From NCBI GenBank assembly GCA_050253415.1, contig JBFWJC010000003.1, positions 288,001 through 352,000 of the forward strand: a stretch of DNA of 64,000 nucleotides. The letters are read 5' to 3'. Source of the DNA: Pedobacter sp. (GTDB lineage: Bacteria; Desulfobacterota; Desulfuromonadia; Desulfuromonadales; Syntrophotaleaceae). Positions 44,120-54,687 of this stretch are shown here, one piece after another. The first letter of the stretch is position 1, and every line of letters starts with the position of its first letter. The translations under genes were made by a program, and so were the position numbers. A model generated the notes under the pieces. The model was not told the origin of the DNA and made no database searches. It saw only the letters and a program-made list of their open reading frames with translations.

Positions 44120-45739
44120 ATGCATTTGTTTGCCGTTTTACTGCTTTGTGTGAGCCTGCTTTTTGGATGCGACCGTCAACAGCCGATTATGGTTGAGGAT
44201 GGCGCACAAGCTCAACGTCCCGACTATGGCGACACGCTTCTGATGGGCAGTACTGGTGAGCCCAGCAACTTGCTGCCGGTGCTGGCTTCCGATTCAGCCT
44301 CCAGCGATATTAACGGTCTGGTCTACAACGGCTTGCTGCGTTACGACAAGAATTTGCAGCTCGAAGGAGAACTGGCCCGCTCATGGGACATCTCGCCGGA
44401 TAATCTGACCATCACCTTTCATTTGCGCAACGATGTGCGCTGGCACGACGGGCAACCGCTCACCGCAGATGATGTGTTATTCACTTACAGGCTGCTTGTC
44501 GACCCGGCGGTTCCGACCGCCTATGCCGATCGCTATTTGCAGGTCGTCAAGGCCGAGGCGCCCGATCCCTTTACCTTTCGTGTTACGTATGGCCAGCCCT
44601 TGGCCAGTGCCCTCATCAGCTGGATGTTTCCGGTTCATCCCAAACATCTTCTCGAAGGTCAGGATGTGACCACGAGCCCTCTGGTGCGGGCGCCGGTGGG
44701 TACCGGACCGTACCGCTTTGTCGAATGGAAGTCGGGTGAGAAGGTGGTGCTGGAAGCCAATGCGGATTATTTCGAAGGGCCGCCTTTTATTCATCGGGTT
44801 GTTTATCGTATCATTCCTGACCCCTCCACCATGTTTCTGGAGTTACGTTCGGGGGGGCTGGATTTGATGAACCTGACGCCGCTGCAATATGCCCGTCAGA
44901 CCGATACCCTGGCTTTCAAGCGGCGGTTTGAAAAGTACCGCTATCTCGATTTTTCCTATACCTATCTGGGCTTCAATCTTCGACGCCCCCTGTTCCAGGA
45001 TGTACGCGTGCGTCGGGCATTGGCGCATGCTCTGAATAAGCAGGAGCTGGTCGATGGGGTGCTGCTCGGTCTCGGTACGGCAGCCACCGGACCCTATAAA
45101 CCCGGGACTTGGCCTTACAATCCTCATGTGCGTCATTATGAGTACGATCCTGCCAAAGCCCGACAGTTGCTGGCCGAAGCCGGCTGGCATGACAGCGATG
45201 GCGATGGCATTCTCGATCGGGATGGTCGGCCTTTCGCTTTTACTATCGTTACCAGTCAGGGCAGCGACGCTCGAACCAAATCGGGAGAAATTATTCAGCG
45301 ACGGTTGAAGGAGGTGGGGGTATCGGTAAAGCTGCGGGTTATCGAGTGGGCTTCCTTTATTAAGGAGTTCATCAATCCCGGCGATTTCGATGCCACCATT
45401 CTAGGCTGGACGATCCCTCCCGATCCGGATAGTTTCGCCGTCTGGCATTCCAGCAAGACCGGGGTTGGCGAGTTGAATTTTATTGGTTTTAAAAATGCCG
45501 AGGTCGACAGGTTGCTGGAAAAGGGGCGACATACCCTCAATCAACAAGAGCGTAAACGCATTTACGACCGTTTTCAGGAAATCCTGGCCGAGCAACAGCC
45601 GTATGTCTTTCTTTATGTTCCGGAAACTTTGCCGGTAGTAGCCAAGCGTTTTCATGGTATTGAACCGGCACCGGCCGGTATCATGCATAATTTTATTCGC
45701 TGGTATGTTCCTCGCGATCAGCAAAAATATCAGCGTTGA
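44120..45739 (+). CDS. peptide ABC transporter substrate-binding lipoprotein (family 5)
   Basis: Lipobox LFGC, WHDGQPLTADDV, GTGPY and VRRALAHA motifs. Confidence 0.92.
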   Translation: MHLFAVLLLCVSLLFGCDRQQPIMVEDGAQAQRPDYGDTLLMGSTGEPSNLLPVLASDSASSDINGLVYNGLLRYDKNLQLEGELARSWDISPDNLTITFHLRNDVRWHDGQPLTADDVLFTYRLLVDPAVPTAYADRYLQVVKAEAPDPFTFRVTYGQPLASALISWMFPVHPKHLLEGQDVTTSPLVRAPVGTGPYRFVEWKSGEKVVLEANADYFEGPPFIHRVVYRIIPDPSTMFLELRSGGLDLMNLTPLQYARQTDTLAFKRRFEKYRYLDFSYTYLGFNLRRPLFQDVRVRRALAHALNKQELVDGVLLGLGTAATGPYKPGTWPYNPHVRHYEYDPAKARQLLAEAGWHDSDGDGILDRDGRPFAFTIVTSQGSDARTKSGEIIQRRLKEVGVSVKLRVIEWASFIKEFINPGDFDATILGWTIPPDPDSFAVWHSSKTGVGELNFIGFKNAEVDRLLEKGRHTLNQQERKRIYDRFQEILAEQQPYVFLYVPETLPVVAKRFHGIEPAPAGIMHNFIRWYVPRDQQKYQR

Positions 45740-45752
45740 TTGAGAATTCGCC

Positions 45753-46727
45753 ATGTTTGCCCAAATAACCAAACGTCTGATCATGATGGTTCCCCTGCTT
45801 CTTGGGATAACCCTGATTTCTTTTGTGGTCATCCATCTTGCTCCGGGGGAGCCGACGGATCTGCAGACCCAGCTTAATCCGGAGGTCAGCTCAGAACTGC
45901 GCGAGCGGTTGCGTGCCCAGTATGATCTGGACAAGCCGTTGATTGTTCAGTATGGCAAGTGGCTTGGACGTTTGGCGCACCTGGATTTTGGTGAATCTTT
46001 TGTCCAGGACCGTCGCCCCGTGGTAGATAAGATTGCTGAACGTCTGCCGGTTACTATCATGATCAATCTGTTGTCTATCGGCTTTATCCTGCTGATCGCC
46101 ATTCCACTTGGAGTTTTGTCAGCGGTTAAACGCAATTCGCTGTTCGACCGGTTTACCACGGTTTTTGTATTTATCGGTTTTGCTACCCCCTCGTTCTGGC
46201 TGGCCTTGCTGTTGATGGATTTCTTCGGAGTGCGTCTTGGTTTGTTTCCCATTGCCGGACTCAAATCTCTCGGTCATGAATATCTGAGCTTTGGACGTCA
46301 GATCGCTGATGTGCTGCACCATTTGGTGTTGCCTGTATTTGTTTCGGCTTTTGGTGGCCTCGCCGGTTTTTCCCGCTATATGCGCGGCAATATGCTTGAG
46401 GTGGTGCGACAGGACTATATCCTTACCGCCAGAGCCAAAGGATTATCTGAAAGGGTGGTTATCTACCGGCATGCGTTGCACAATGCGCTTTTGCCGGTGA
46501 TTACCATTCTCGGGCTATCGGTACCTGGACTTATCGGTGGCAGCGTGATTTTCGAGACGATTTTCGCTATCCCGGGAATGGGTAAAATGTTTTACGATGG
46601 CGTCATGATGCGGGATTACCCGTTGATCATGGGAGTGCTGGTGATAGGTGCGGTCTTGACACTATTCGGCAACTTGATTGCCGACCTCGCCTATGCCATG
46701 GCTGATCCAAGGATCCGACGACGTTGA
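45753..46727 (+). CDS. peptide ABC transporter permease (OppB/DppB type)
   Basis: DFGESF, EAA loop TARAKGLSE and [10 protein letters not shown] motifs. Confidence 0.92.
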   Translation: MFAQITKRLIMMVPLLLGITLISFVVIHLAPGEPTDLQTQLNPEVSSELRERLRAQYDLDKPLIVQYGKWLGRLAHLDFGESFVQDRRPVVDKIAERLPVTIMINLLSIGFILLIAIPLGVLSAVKRNSLFDRFTTVFVFIGFATPSFWLALLLMDFFGVRLGLFPIAGLKSLGHEYLSFGRQIADVLHHLVLPVFVSAFGGLAGFSRYMRGNMLEVVRQDYILTARAKGLSERVVIYRHALHNALLPVITILGLSVPGLIGGSVIFETIFAIPGMGKMFYDGVMMRDYPLIMGVLVIGAVLTLFGNLIADLAYAMADPRIRRR

Positions 46728-46810
46728 ATGTCAGGTTGGGGAGGGGGCCTGGAAAAGGCTGCCAGCGGTGAATTGGAGCAGGTTTTCGCGTGTAGTTGGG
46801 AGGGGACGCG

Positions 46811-47410
46811 ATGGGGATTAAAAAGGCAAAGCTTGGAAAGTTGTTGCTGGACTCCGGGCTGGTCGGTGAGCGGGAGTTGAGCGCTGCTCTATGTTATCAG
46901 AAAAACCAACGTTGTCTGCTTGGAGCTTCCCTGGTCAAGCTCGGGTTCCTTTCCGAAGACCGGCTGCTCGATTTCCTTGAACGAACTTTGCAATTGGAGA
47001 GAGTTGATCTCGACAGTTTTATTCCCGATGCCACGACGCTGGCCATGGTACCCGAGGAACGCGCCCTGGCGTTTACGGTTTTTCCGCTGGATCGCTGTCA
47101 TTCGCACGGTGGACCTGTCCTGCGCATGGCTATGGCCGATCCTTCCAATCTGACGGTCATCGATGCGCTTGAATTTATGACAGGCTTAGGCATTCAACCG
47201 GTCCTTGCCTCGGAGCCCGCCATACACCGGGCCATTGAACGGGGCTATCGCCAGGACGTTGGCTTGGCGTTAGTTCGCGAAGGTGACTCGCGTAAAGAAA
47301 GTAACGACAAAACGATGGTTTCCGTCGCCAAGTTTAATAAACTGGTTGAGATTCTCCAGGCCAAGGGGCTGTTGAATGCAGCCGATGTAGAGTTGCTGGA
47401 CAAGGAATGA
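46811..47410 (+). CDS. stand-alone MshEN/GSPII_N-domain protein
   Basis: Tandem KLGxLLxxxGLVxxxxLxxALxxQ-5 aa-LLGxxLVxxGFL motif followed by the AMADPSNL subdomain; no ATPase domain. Confidence 0.8.
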   Translation: MGIKKAKLGKLLLDSGLVGERELSAALCYQKNQRCLLGASLVKLGFLSEDRLLDFLERTLQLERVDLDSFIPDATTLAMVPEERALAFTVFPLDRCHSHGGPVLRMAMADPSNLTVIDALEFMTGLGIQPVLASEPAIHRAIERGYRQDVGLALVREGDSRKESNDKTMVSVAKFNKLVEILQAKGLLNAADVELLDKE

Positions 47411-48270
47411 ACATGCCCTCGTTCGTCCCCACAATAAAAAGGCCGGAGGTTTTTCTTCAGCGGTTGAAGCAGAACCGTATGGCGTTGGCTGGCGCCGCTA
47501 TCGTTTTGGTCATGTTTGTTCTGGCTTTGCTCGCCTCCGCGGTCGGCCGCGATCCTGGAGATATCGATGTAAGCCGGCAACTGCTGGCTCCATGTTGGCG
47601 TTTTCCTTTGGGAACGGATGACCTCGGTCGTGATGTGCTGGCGCGGATCCTTTATGGGGCGCGTATTTCCCTGTTGGTCGGATTTGTGGCGGTCGGTATT
47701 TCCACCGGTATCGGTGTCGTGCTGGGAGCTCTGGCCGGATTTTACGGAGGCTGGATAGATAGTCTGATCATGCGCTTTGTCGATATCATGCTATGTTTTC
47801 CAAGTTTTTTTCTCATATTGGCGGTGGTGGCTTTTCTGGAGCCTTCTATCTGGAATATCATGATCGTTATCGGTCTTACCAGTTGGATGGGGGTGGCAAG
47901 GCTGGTGCGGGCGGAGTTCCTTTCGTTGCGGGAACGTGACTACGTGCAGGCCGCAAAGGCTCTTGGTGCCCGCGACGGACGGGTTATTTTCGTGCATATT
48001 CTGCCTAATGCTTTGTCGCCCATCCTGGTATCCGCGACCCTCGGTGTGGCCGGGGCTATTCTCGTCGAGAGCGCTCTTTCCTTTCTTGGCATCGGGGTTC
48101 AGCCTCCCACCCCATCGTGGGGGAATATGCTTATCGCCGGCAAACAGACACTGGGTACCGCCTGGTGGTTGTCGGTATTTCCCGGATTGGCGATTTTGGT
48201 AACCGTCCTGGGCTATAATCTTCTCGGCGAAGGGATCCGCGATGCGCTCGATCCACGCCTTAAAGAATAA
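47407..48270 (+). CDS. peptide ABC transporter permease (OppC/DppC type)
   Basis: LGTDDLGRD, YGARISL, ESALSFLGIG, SWG and DALDP motifs. Confidence 0.92.
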   Translation: MNMPSFVPTIKRPEVFLQRLKQNRMALAGAAIVLVMFVLALLASAVGRDPGDIDVSRQLLAPCWRFPLGTDDLGRDVLARILYGARISLLVGFVAVGISTGIGVVLGALAGFYGGWIDSLIMRFVDIMLCFPSFFLILAVVAFLEPSIWNIMIVIGLTSWMGVARLVRAEFLSLRERDYVQAAKALGARDGRVIFVHILPNALSPILVSATLGVAGAILVESALSFLGIGVQPPTPSWGNMLIAGKQTLGTAWWLSVFPGLAILVTVLGYNLLGEGIRDALDPRLKE

Positions 48271-48289
48271 ATTAACGAGGATCTTTCTT

Positions 48290-48736
48290 ATGACACACAA
48301 TAAAAATGGCGGCGAACTGAACGATCTGCAACCGGCGGATCTGGTGCTGGCTCGCTGCGATGCTTTTCGCCAGCATGATTTCAGCTTTATTTTTCATAGT
48401 TACCATGAGGATGCCCCATTTTTACAGGCTTTTGCGGATTGTCGGGATTATCTTGAGTATGCCGCACAGGCGTTGAAGGGATCTTTCCGGATCAATGATT
48501 GCCGTATAGGGCGGGTACGTGAAGTTGCCGATGATGAAGTCCAGGTGCTGTTTTTCATGGAGATCGATTGCGACGGGGTGATTCACAGGACCATCGAGAT
48601 GGCGTGTCTGAAGCTTACCGCGCAGGGATGGCGTTATCATTCAGCTGCCAAGCGTCCCCTGGAGGATTTTGACAGTCCTCTGGAGGATATCGATTTTGAT
48701 GAGTTTTTGGATTGCGCAACCCTGGTATTCTTCTAA
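48290..48736 (+). CDS. YchJ/UPF0225-like protein (NTF2-like)
   Basis: PADLVLARxxAF, FIFxSYH and E....GWRY patterns. Confidence 0.6.
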   Translation: MTHNKNGGELNDLQPADLVLARCDAFRQHDFSFIFHSYHEDAPFLQAFADCRDYLEYAAQALKGSFRINDCRIGRVREVADDEVQVLFFMEIDCDGVIHRTIEMACLKLTAQGWRYHSAAKRPLEDFDSPLEDIDFDEFLDCATLVFF

Positions 48737-48783
48737 ATCCCGGTTTGCTGCCGGAACCTTAGACAGGGGCGAGGCAAAATATC

Positions 48784-50142
48784 ATGAATGCACCTTCTTC
48801 ACGCAGTGGCTGGGCCACCAGGCTGGGATTTGTCCTTGCGGCAGCCGGCAGTGCCATCGGTTTGGGAAATATCTGGAAGTTTCCCTATATCGCAGGCATG
48901 CACGGTGGCGGTGCCTTCGTGCTTGTCTACCTGGTCTGCATTCTGTTGCTCGGGTTGCCGATCATGGTAGCCGAGTTGCTTATCGGCCGGTGTGGTCAGC
49001 GCGATGCCGTCGGTTCCTTCGTGGCTCTGGAAGGTCCCTCAAGCCCCTGGCGGCTGGTCGGTTGGACCAGTGTTGTGGCTGCGTTTGTTCTGCTCTCCTT
49101 TTATTCCGTGGTAGCCGGATGGAGCTTCGATTATGTCTTTAAGGCAGCTTCCGGTGCGCTGCAGCACGGCAATGCCGAGCAGGTCAGTGGATTATTCAGG
49201 CATCTGACGGCTTCACCCTGGCGGGTGCTGTTCTGGCAGGCGTTGTTTATCATGGCTACCGTAGGGATCGTCGTCGGCGGCATTCGCGGCGGCATCGAGC
49301 GCTGGAGCAAGATACTCATGCCGGGATTGTTCACCCTACTGGTCCTGCTTTTTCTGCATGCCATGCTTTCCCCTGGCGGCCCGCCGGCTCTTCGTTTCAT
49401 GTTTGTGCCGGATTTTTCCCAACTTACTTCCCAGTCGGTGCTGGTAGCCCTCGGCCATGCTTTTTTTACTCTCTCCCTTGGGGCCGGGGTAATGATTACC
49501 TATGGGTCCTATCTTGATGCCGGGGCGGATCTGTTCGGGCTATCCTTCAGAATCGCCCTGCTCGATACGCTGGTAGCCATGCTGGCTTCCCTGACCATCT
49601 TTTCGGTGGTTTTTTCAGCCGGTCTACCGATGGGTTCGGGGCCGGGGTTGGTCTTTGAGACCCTGCCGATCCTTTTTATGCAGCTGCCCTTTGGGCAGCT
49701 GTGGGCCTTGATATTTTTCCTGTTACTGGCGTTTGCCGCCCTGACCTCGGCCATCTCCATGCTGGAGGTGGTTGTCGCCTATGTTATCGACGAATGCCGG
49801 TGGCGACGCTCGCGGGCTACCGCCCTGGTCGGGACTGCGGCGTTTTTGGTTGGGATCCCCTGTGCGCTTTCCTTCAATCTCTGGTCCGATGTTACCTTGC
49901 TTCCCGGTCGCACAGTGTTCGACTCATTCGATCTTCTGGTTTCGTCTTACATGCTGCCGCTCGGTGGTTTGATGGTGGCTGTCTACGCGGGCTGGTTCTG
50001 GGCCGAAAACCGCGAAAGGGTGGGGCTGGTCAATCTGCGACAACCAAGTTTGCTGTTTGACGTGTGGCATTTGCTGGTGCGCTACCTCGCCCCTGTGGCG
50101 GTGCTGCTGGTCTTACTGCATGAAGCAGGACTTTTTTCCTGA
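48784..50142 (+). CDS. sodium-dependent transporter, NSS/SNF family
   Basis: GSAIGLGNIWKFPY, GGGAF, FFTLSLG and AALTSAISMLE motifs. Confidence 0.93.
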   Translation: MNAPSSRSGWATRLGFVLAAAGSAIGLGNIWKFPYIAGMHGGGAFVLVYLVCILLLGLPIMVAELLIGRCGQRDAVGSFVALEGPSSPWRLVGWTSVVAAFVLLSFYSVVAGWSFDYVFKAASGALQHGNAEQVSGLFRHLTASPWRVLFWQALFIMATVGIVVGGIRGGIERWSKILMPGLFTLLVLLFLHAMLSPGGPPALRFMFVPDFSQLTSQSVLVALGHAFFTLSLGAGVMITYGSYLDAGADLFGLSFRIALLDTLVAMLASLTIFSVVFSAGLPMGSGPGLVFETLPILFMQLPFGQLWALIFFLLLAFAALTSAISMLEVVVAYVIDECRWRRSRATALVGTAAFLVGIPCALSFNLWSDVTLLPGRTVFDSFDLLVSSYMLPLGGLMVAVYAGWFWAENRERVGLVNLRQPSLLFDVWHLLVRYLAPVAVLLVLLHEAGLFS

Positions 50143-50143
50143 T

Positions 50144-50959
50144 ATGCCTGAGTTGCCAGAAGTAGAGACCATCCGGCGAGGCATCGCGCCCTGGGTGTTG
50201 GATCAACCGGTGGCTAGGGTCGTGGTTCGCCAACCGCAACTGCGCTGGTCAGTGCCTGCCGACCTGGCAGAGCACTTGGTCGGATGGAGTTTTTTCGCCG
50301 TTCAGCGCCGCGCCAAGTACCTGCTTTTGCAAAACGAGAAGGGATGGTTATTGATTCATCTTGGCATGAGTGGTTCGCTACGCATTGTGCCGTCCGACCT
50401 TAAGCCGGGCCGTCATGACCATGTCGATATTGCATTTGAAAACGGTCGTTGTCTGCGCCTGAACGATCCCCGCCGATTCGGGGCTGTTTTGTGGGCCGGA
50501 AATAACCTCGAAGAGCATGCGTTGCTGGCCCATCTTGGGCCGGAGCCGCTTTCTGCCGAATTTAACGGCGCCATGTTGTATGCCCGATCACGTGGACGCA
50601 AACTCGCCGTAAAAAATTTCATCATGGACCAACGGGTCGTGGTCGGTATCGGGAATATTTATGCCAGCGAGGCTCTGTTTCGGGCCGGTATTCATCCTGG
50701 GCTTGCGGCGGGTCGCATTTCTCGCCGCCGTTACGGATTGCTGGCTGATTCGGTATGGCAGGTACTCACCGAGGCTATCGCTGCGGGGGGCACAACCCTG
50801 CGTGATTTTACCGATGAAAACGGTCGCCCCGGGTATTTCAGTCAACAATTGCTGGTTTATGGCCGTGAAGGCCAACCCTGCGTCCGTTGCGGCGAGCTTA
50901 TCTTTAGCGAAACCATTGGTCAGCGCAGCAGTTTTTTTTGCAGGCGTTGCCAGCGCTGA
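50144..50959 (+). CDS. mutM: formamidopyrimidine-DNA glycosylase
   Basis: MPELPEVET, HLGMSG, GIGNIY and C-terminal zinc finger. Confidence 0.96.
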   Translation: MPELPEVETIRRGIAPWVLDQPVARVVVRQPQLRWSVPADLAEHLVGWSFFAVQRRAKYLLLQNEKGWLLIHLGMSGSLRIVPSDLKPGRHDHVDIAFENGRCLRLNDPRRFGAVLWAGNNLEEHALLAHLGPEPLSAEFNGAMLYARSRGRKLAVKNFIMDQRVVVGIGNIYASEALFRAGIHPGLAAGRISRRRYGLLADSVWQVLTEAIAAGGTTLRDFTDENGRPGYFSQQLLVYGREGQPCVRCGELIFSETIGQRSSFFCRRCQR

Positions 50960-51004
50960 TATACAACCGACTCTATTTCATGCCTGGAGAAACAGGAGGC
51001 AAAT

Positions 51005-51415
51005 TTGGACAATTTCCGATTTACCATGCCCTACAGGGTGCGCATTGCTGACATTAACTATGGTGGACATGTATCCAATGCTGCTGTTCTGAGTTTTTTT
51101 CAGGATGGTCGCATCGGTTATCTGGCTGCCATCGGTAGCTTCAGCGAGATGGATATCGGTGGTTGCGGCATTATCTTACCCGAGGCACATGCCCAATATC
51201 GCGCCGAGATGTTTCTTAACGATGATCTACTTATTGGCGTAAAGATTGAAAGCCTGAAAAACTCATCTTTTATCATGGCTTACCGCATAGAGCGGGCTGG
51301 AGTGGTGACCGCAGAAGGCACTACGGCCCTGGTGGCTTTTGATTACCAGAAACGGCGACCCTGCCGTTTGCCGCCCGTTTTTCGTAACGCGGTGGAAGAG
51401 TTTGAGGGGTTTTAG
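51005..51415 (+). CDS. acyl-CoA thioesterase (4HBT/FcbC family)
   Basis: DINYGGHVSN motif; AGGAGG RBS before TTG. Confidence 0.85.
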   Translation: MDNFRFTMPYRVRIADINYGGHVSNAAVLSFFQDGRIGYLAAIGSFSEMDIGGCGIILPEAHAQYRAEMFLNDDLLIGVKIESLKNSSFIMAYRIERAGVVTAEGTTALVAFDYQKRRPCRLPPVFRNAVEEFEGF

Positions 51416-51537
51416 TAAAGTCCGGTGGTTTAACTTGACCCAAGGAACCTTTCGGACAATCCTGGGCCGGCCCTCAATAGGGCTGTTTGGTCCCTATGTC
51501 AGGTCGTGTAGTTCGTCAATCTCCAAGGAGGATATCT

Positions 51538-51741
51538 ATGAAAGATTTTCGTATTTGTCCCAAATGCCAGTACGGACGCGGGTTTCATGTTGCTTTGCAT
51601 GAAGTTGAAGAGGGGATGTCGGTTATGCTGATCTGCCCGGATTGCGGTCAGTCTTATGCGTTAGGCTGGGCTGTCGAAATCTCTGGCGGGCAGGTTAAGG
51701 AAGGGGTTGTTTTTCCCGTCCGGGAGGAATCCAACTTGTAG
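51538..51741 (+). CDS. small zinc-ribbon protein (67 aa)
   Basis: AAGGAGG RBS; CPKC...GFHV...LICPDCG. Confidence 0.7.
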   Translation: MKDFRICPKCQYGRGFHVALHEVEEGMSVMLICPDCGQSYALGWAVEISGGQVKEGVVFPVREESNL

Positions 51742-51766
51742 CGGGTCGCCCGCTGTGGTTTTTTGA

Positions 51767-51791
51767 ATAGTTGACAAAATTGATCAGGCAT
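51767..51791 (+). promoter_or_regulatory. IscR type-1-like operator overlapping a TTGACA -35 element
   Basis: ATAGTTGACAAAATTGATCAGGCAT against consensus ATASYYGACTRWWWYAGTCRRSTAT; upstream of cysE-iscR. Confidence 0.65.
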
Positions 51792-51844
51792 GTTATCCGT
51801 AGCCCAACTGCAACCTGTTAAGGACTTTATGCAAGGGGGCTTCG

Positions 51845-52531
51845 GTGTTTCAGACTCTTAAAGAAGATATCAAGACGGTTTTTGATCGGGATCCTGCCGT
51901 GCGCAGTGTGCCGGAAATCATTTTCTGTTATCCCGGATTTCATGCACTGCTTTTTTACCGTCTGTCGCACGCACTCTGGATTCGCAAATGCCGTTTTCTG
52001 GCCCGATTTCTTTCCCATTTGGGCCGCATGGCTACAGGGATCGAAATTCACCCCGGAGCTCAGATCGGGCATCGTTTCTTTATCGATCATGGTATGGGCG
52101 TCGTCATAGGCGAGACGGCCGAGATCGGCGATGACTGTACTCTCTATCATGGTGTGACCCTTGGCGGAACCTCATGGGCCAAGGAAAAACGCCATCCCAC
52201 CTTGGGTAACAATATCGTCATCGGTGCCGGTGCCAAAGTGCTGGGGCCTTTCAAGGTCGGCGATAACAGCAAAATCGGAGCAAATTCCGTCGTGGTTCGT
52301 GAAGTTCCTGCAAATTCCACAGTGGTCGGCATTCCCGGTCGGGTGGTTTTTGCCAACGGCGAAAAGGTGGGTACGCGATTCGATCTGGAACACGGCGAAA
52401 TGCCTGATCCCGAAGGCAAGGCAATGTCTTGCATGTTTGACCAGTTGCGTGCCCTGGAACGGCGGGTGCGTGAACTTGAAGGCGAAAGTGCATCGGGCGA
52501 TACTGACCAGAGTGATCAAGAGGTGATTTAA
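51845..52531 (+). CDS. cysE: serine O-acetyltransferase
   Basis: [24 protein letters not shown] and KRHP motifs. Confidence 0.95.
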   Translation: MFQTLKEDIKTVFDRDPAVRSVPEIIFCYPGFHALLFYRLSHALWIRKCRFLARFLSHLGRMATGIEIHPGAQIGHRFFIDHGMGVVIGETAEIGDDCTLYHGVTLGGTSWAKEKRHPTLGNNIVIGAGAKVLGPFKVGDNSKIGANSVVVREVPANSTVVGIPGRVVFANGEKVGTRFDLEHGEMPDPEGKAMSCMFDQLRALERRVRELEGESASGDTDQSDQEVI

Positions 52532-52534
52532 ACG

Positions 52535-52978
52535 ATGCGTTTGTCCACTAAAGCTCAATATGCCGTGCGAGCCATGGTTCGCCTCAGTTTTGAGAGTCCC
52601 GATGCGCCTGTGTCGAGTAAAACCATTGCCGACCTAGAAGGTATTTCGCTGACTTTTCTGGAACAAATCCTGTCCAAATTGCGGCGTGGCAAGATCGTTA
52701 AAAGTGTGCGCGGTCCCGGTGGCGGCTTTGTCTTGGCACGGTTACCGGAACAGATCCGCGTCGATGAAATCATCGAGTGTGTAGAAGAACCGTTGATGCC
52801 GGTAGCCTGTATGGATGAGATGGGTACGTGTCAATGTGAGGAGCTCTGTTACACCCACATGGTCTGGGCTGGATTGGGGCAGCGCATAAAGAATTTTCTG
52901 TCATCGATTACCCTGGCGGAGTTGTCCAGAGACGCTTCGATGATCAGGCAAGGAACCCGCGTAAAGCGGGATATATGA
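52535..52978 (+). CDS. iscR: Rrf2-family regulator, IscR-like
   Basis: MRLSTKAQYAV, LEQI and SVRGPGGG motifs; Cys cluster C-x6-CxC-x3-C plus His. Confidence 0.85.
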   Translation: MRLSTKAQYAVRAMVRLSFESPDAPVSSKTIADLEGISLTFLEQILSKLRRGKIVKSVRGPGGGFVLARLPEQIRVDEIIECVEEPLMPVACMDEMGTCQCEELCYTHMVWAGLGQRIKNFLSSITLAELSRDASMIRQGTRVKRDI

Positions 52979-53000
52979 GATTGTACTGGGAGGAACAGAG

Positions 53001-54182
53001 GTGAAACGGATTTACATGGATAACAATGCCACCACCGCCGTGCGACCCGAGGTGATGGAGGCAATGCTGCCTTTTTACAAGGAGCATTTTGGTAATCCCT
53101 CCAGCGTTCACTGGGCAGGCAGGGAAACAGGTGCGGCTCTGGAAGCAGCCCGGGAAAAGGTGGCAAATCTTATTAACTGTGCTCCTGCAGAGATTGTTTT
53201 TACTTCCTGCGGCAGCGAAGGGGATAACCTTGCTATCAAAGGGGCCGCAGACGTTCTGCGGGATCGTGGTAATCACATCATTACCACCGCTGTTGAGCAT
53301 CCTGCCGTGTTGAGTACTTGCGAATACTTGACCAAGCAGGGCTTTGAGGTGACCTATCTACCCGTGGATGGTTACGGCATGCTCGATGTTGCCGCGCTCG
53401 AGGCGGCGATTACGGAAAAGACCATTCTGATTTCGGTCATGTGGGCCAACAACGAAACCGGTACCCTGTTTCCCATCGAGCAGATCGGTGCCGTGGCCCG
53501 CAAACATAAAATCTGCTTCCATACCGACGCGGTGCAGGCAATTGGTCGGGTGCCGGTTGATGTGCAGGCGGCGCAGGTCGACCTGCTCGCTATTTCCGGA
53601 CACAAGATCGGTGCTCCCAAGGGTGTCGGCGCCCTGTATGTGCGCAAAGGCACCAGACTTACCCCGTTGATTCACGGTGGACATCAGGAGCGCAATCGGC
53701 GGGCCGGGACCCATAACCTGCCGGGTATTGTCGGATTGGGCGTGGCCTGTGAATTGGCCGCCAGCGACCTGGCAGGCACCGCGCAGCGTTTGCGCCAGAT
53801 GCGGGATCGTCTGGAACAGGGTTTGCTCGCAATCCCGGAAAGTCAGATCAACGGCCATCCCACCGAGCGCTTACCCAATACCCTGAATATCAGTTTCAAC
53901 TACATCGAAGGGGAGGCGGTGCTGTTGTTTTTGGATATGCAAGGCATCGCAGCTTCGTCCGGTTCGGCCTGTATGTCCGATTCGTTCGGGCAGTCCCATG
54001 TTATCGAAGCGATGGGAGTCGATCCGATGATGGCCAATTCGGCTATCCGTTTCGGTCTGGGTTACGATAACACCGATGCCGATGTCGATCAGGTATTGGA
54101 AATCCTGCCGGCTATCGTCAAAAAGTTGCGTGATATGAGTCCCTTTTATCACGAGCGGGATACGACCAAAGCCACGGCTTAA
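53001..54182 (+). CDS. iscS: cysteine desulfurase (IscS/NifS class I)
   Basis: DNNATT, GNPSS, NNETG, SGHK and SSGSAC motifs. Confidence 0.93.
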   Translation: MKRIYMDNNATTAVRPEVMEAMLPFYKEHFGNPSSVHWAGRETGAALEAAREKVANLINCAPAEIVFTSCGSEGDNLAIKGAADVLRDRGNHIITTAVEHPAVLSTCEYLTKQGFEVTYLPVDGYGMLDVAALEAAITEKTILISVMWANNETGTLFPIEQIGAVARKHKICFHTDAVQAIGRVPVDVQAAQVDLLAISGHKIGAPKGVGALYVRKGTRLTPLIHGGHQERNRRAGTHNLPGIVGLGVACELAASDLAGTAQRLRQMRDRLEQGLLAIPESQINGHPTERLPNTLNISFNYIEGEAVLLFLDMQGIAASSGSACMSDSFGQSHVIEAMGVDPMMANSAIRFGLGYDNTDADVDQVLEILPAIVKKLRDMSPFYHERDTTKATA

Positions 54183-54243
54183 TCTCTGATAATAACCGAT
54201 GCCCGTTACGGGCTTGATACCGTTCTTATGAAAAGGAGTCCTT

Positions 54244-54612
54244 ATGTATTCGGATAAAGTCATCGATCATTTTACCAATCCCCGTAACGTCGGTGAAATC
54301 GAAAATGCCGATGGCGTCGGAGAAAAAGTCAGCTCATCCTGCGGTGACCGCATGAAAGTATTTCTCAAGGTCGAGGATGGTGTTATCCAGGACATCAAAT
54401 TCCAGACCTACGGTTGCGGCGCCGCCATTGCTTCGTCGTCCATGATGTCGGAACTTGTCATCGGCAAAACACTGCAGGAAGCCCTCGACCTGACCAACGA
54501 TCAGGTTGCCGATGCGCTTGGTGGTCTGCCTGCTCCCAAGCTGCACTGTTCCAATCTGGCGGCTGATGCCCTGCACGACGCTATCAAAAACTTCCAGGCG
54601 ACCACTGCCTGA
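54244..54612 (+). CDS. iscU: Fe-S cluster scaffold (IscU/NifU-N)
   Basis: DHFTNPRNVG, CGD, GCGAAIASS and KLHCS motifs. Confidence 0.9.
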   Translation: MYSDKVIDHFTNPRNVGEIENADGVGEKVSSSCGDRMKVFLKVEDGVIQDIKFQTYGCGAAIASSSMMSELVIGKTLQEALDLTNDQVADALGGLPAPKLHCSNLAADALHDAIKNFQATTA

Positions 54613-54635
54613 TTGTCTGTGCCCTGAAACGAGTT

Positions 54636-54671
54636 CCAAAGGGCCACCCGCAATAGTGGGTGGCCCTTTGG
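54636..54671 (+). other. intergenic hairpin between iscU and mnmA
   Basis: CCAAAGGGCCACCCGC-AATA-GTGGGTGGCCCTTTGG. Confidence 0.6.
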
Positions 54672-54687
54672 GTATTGAAGGCGAAAC

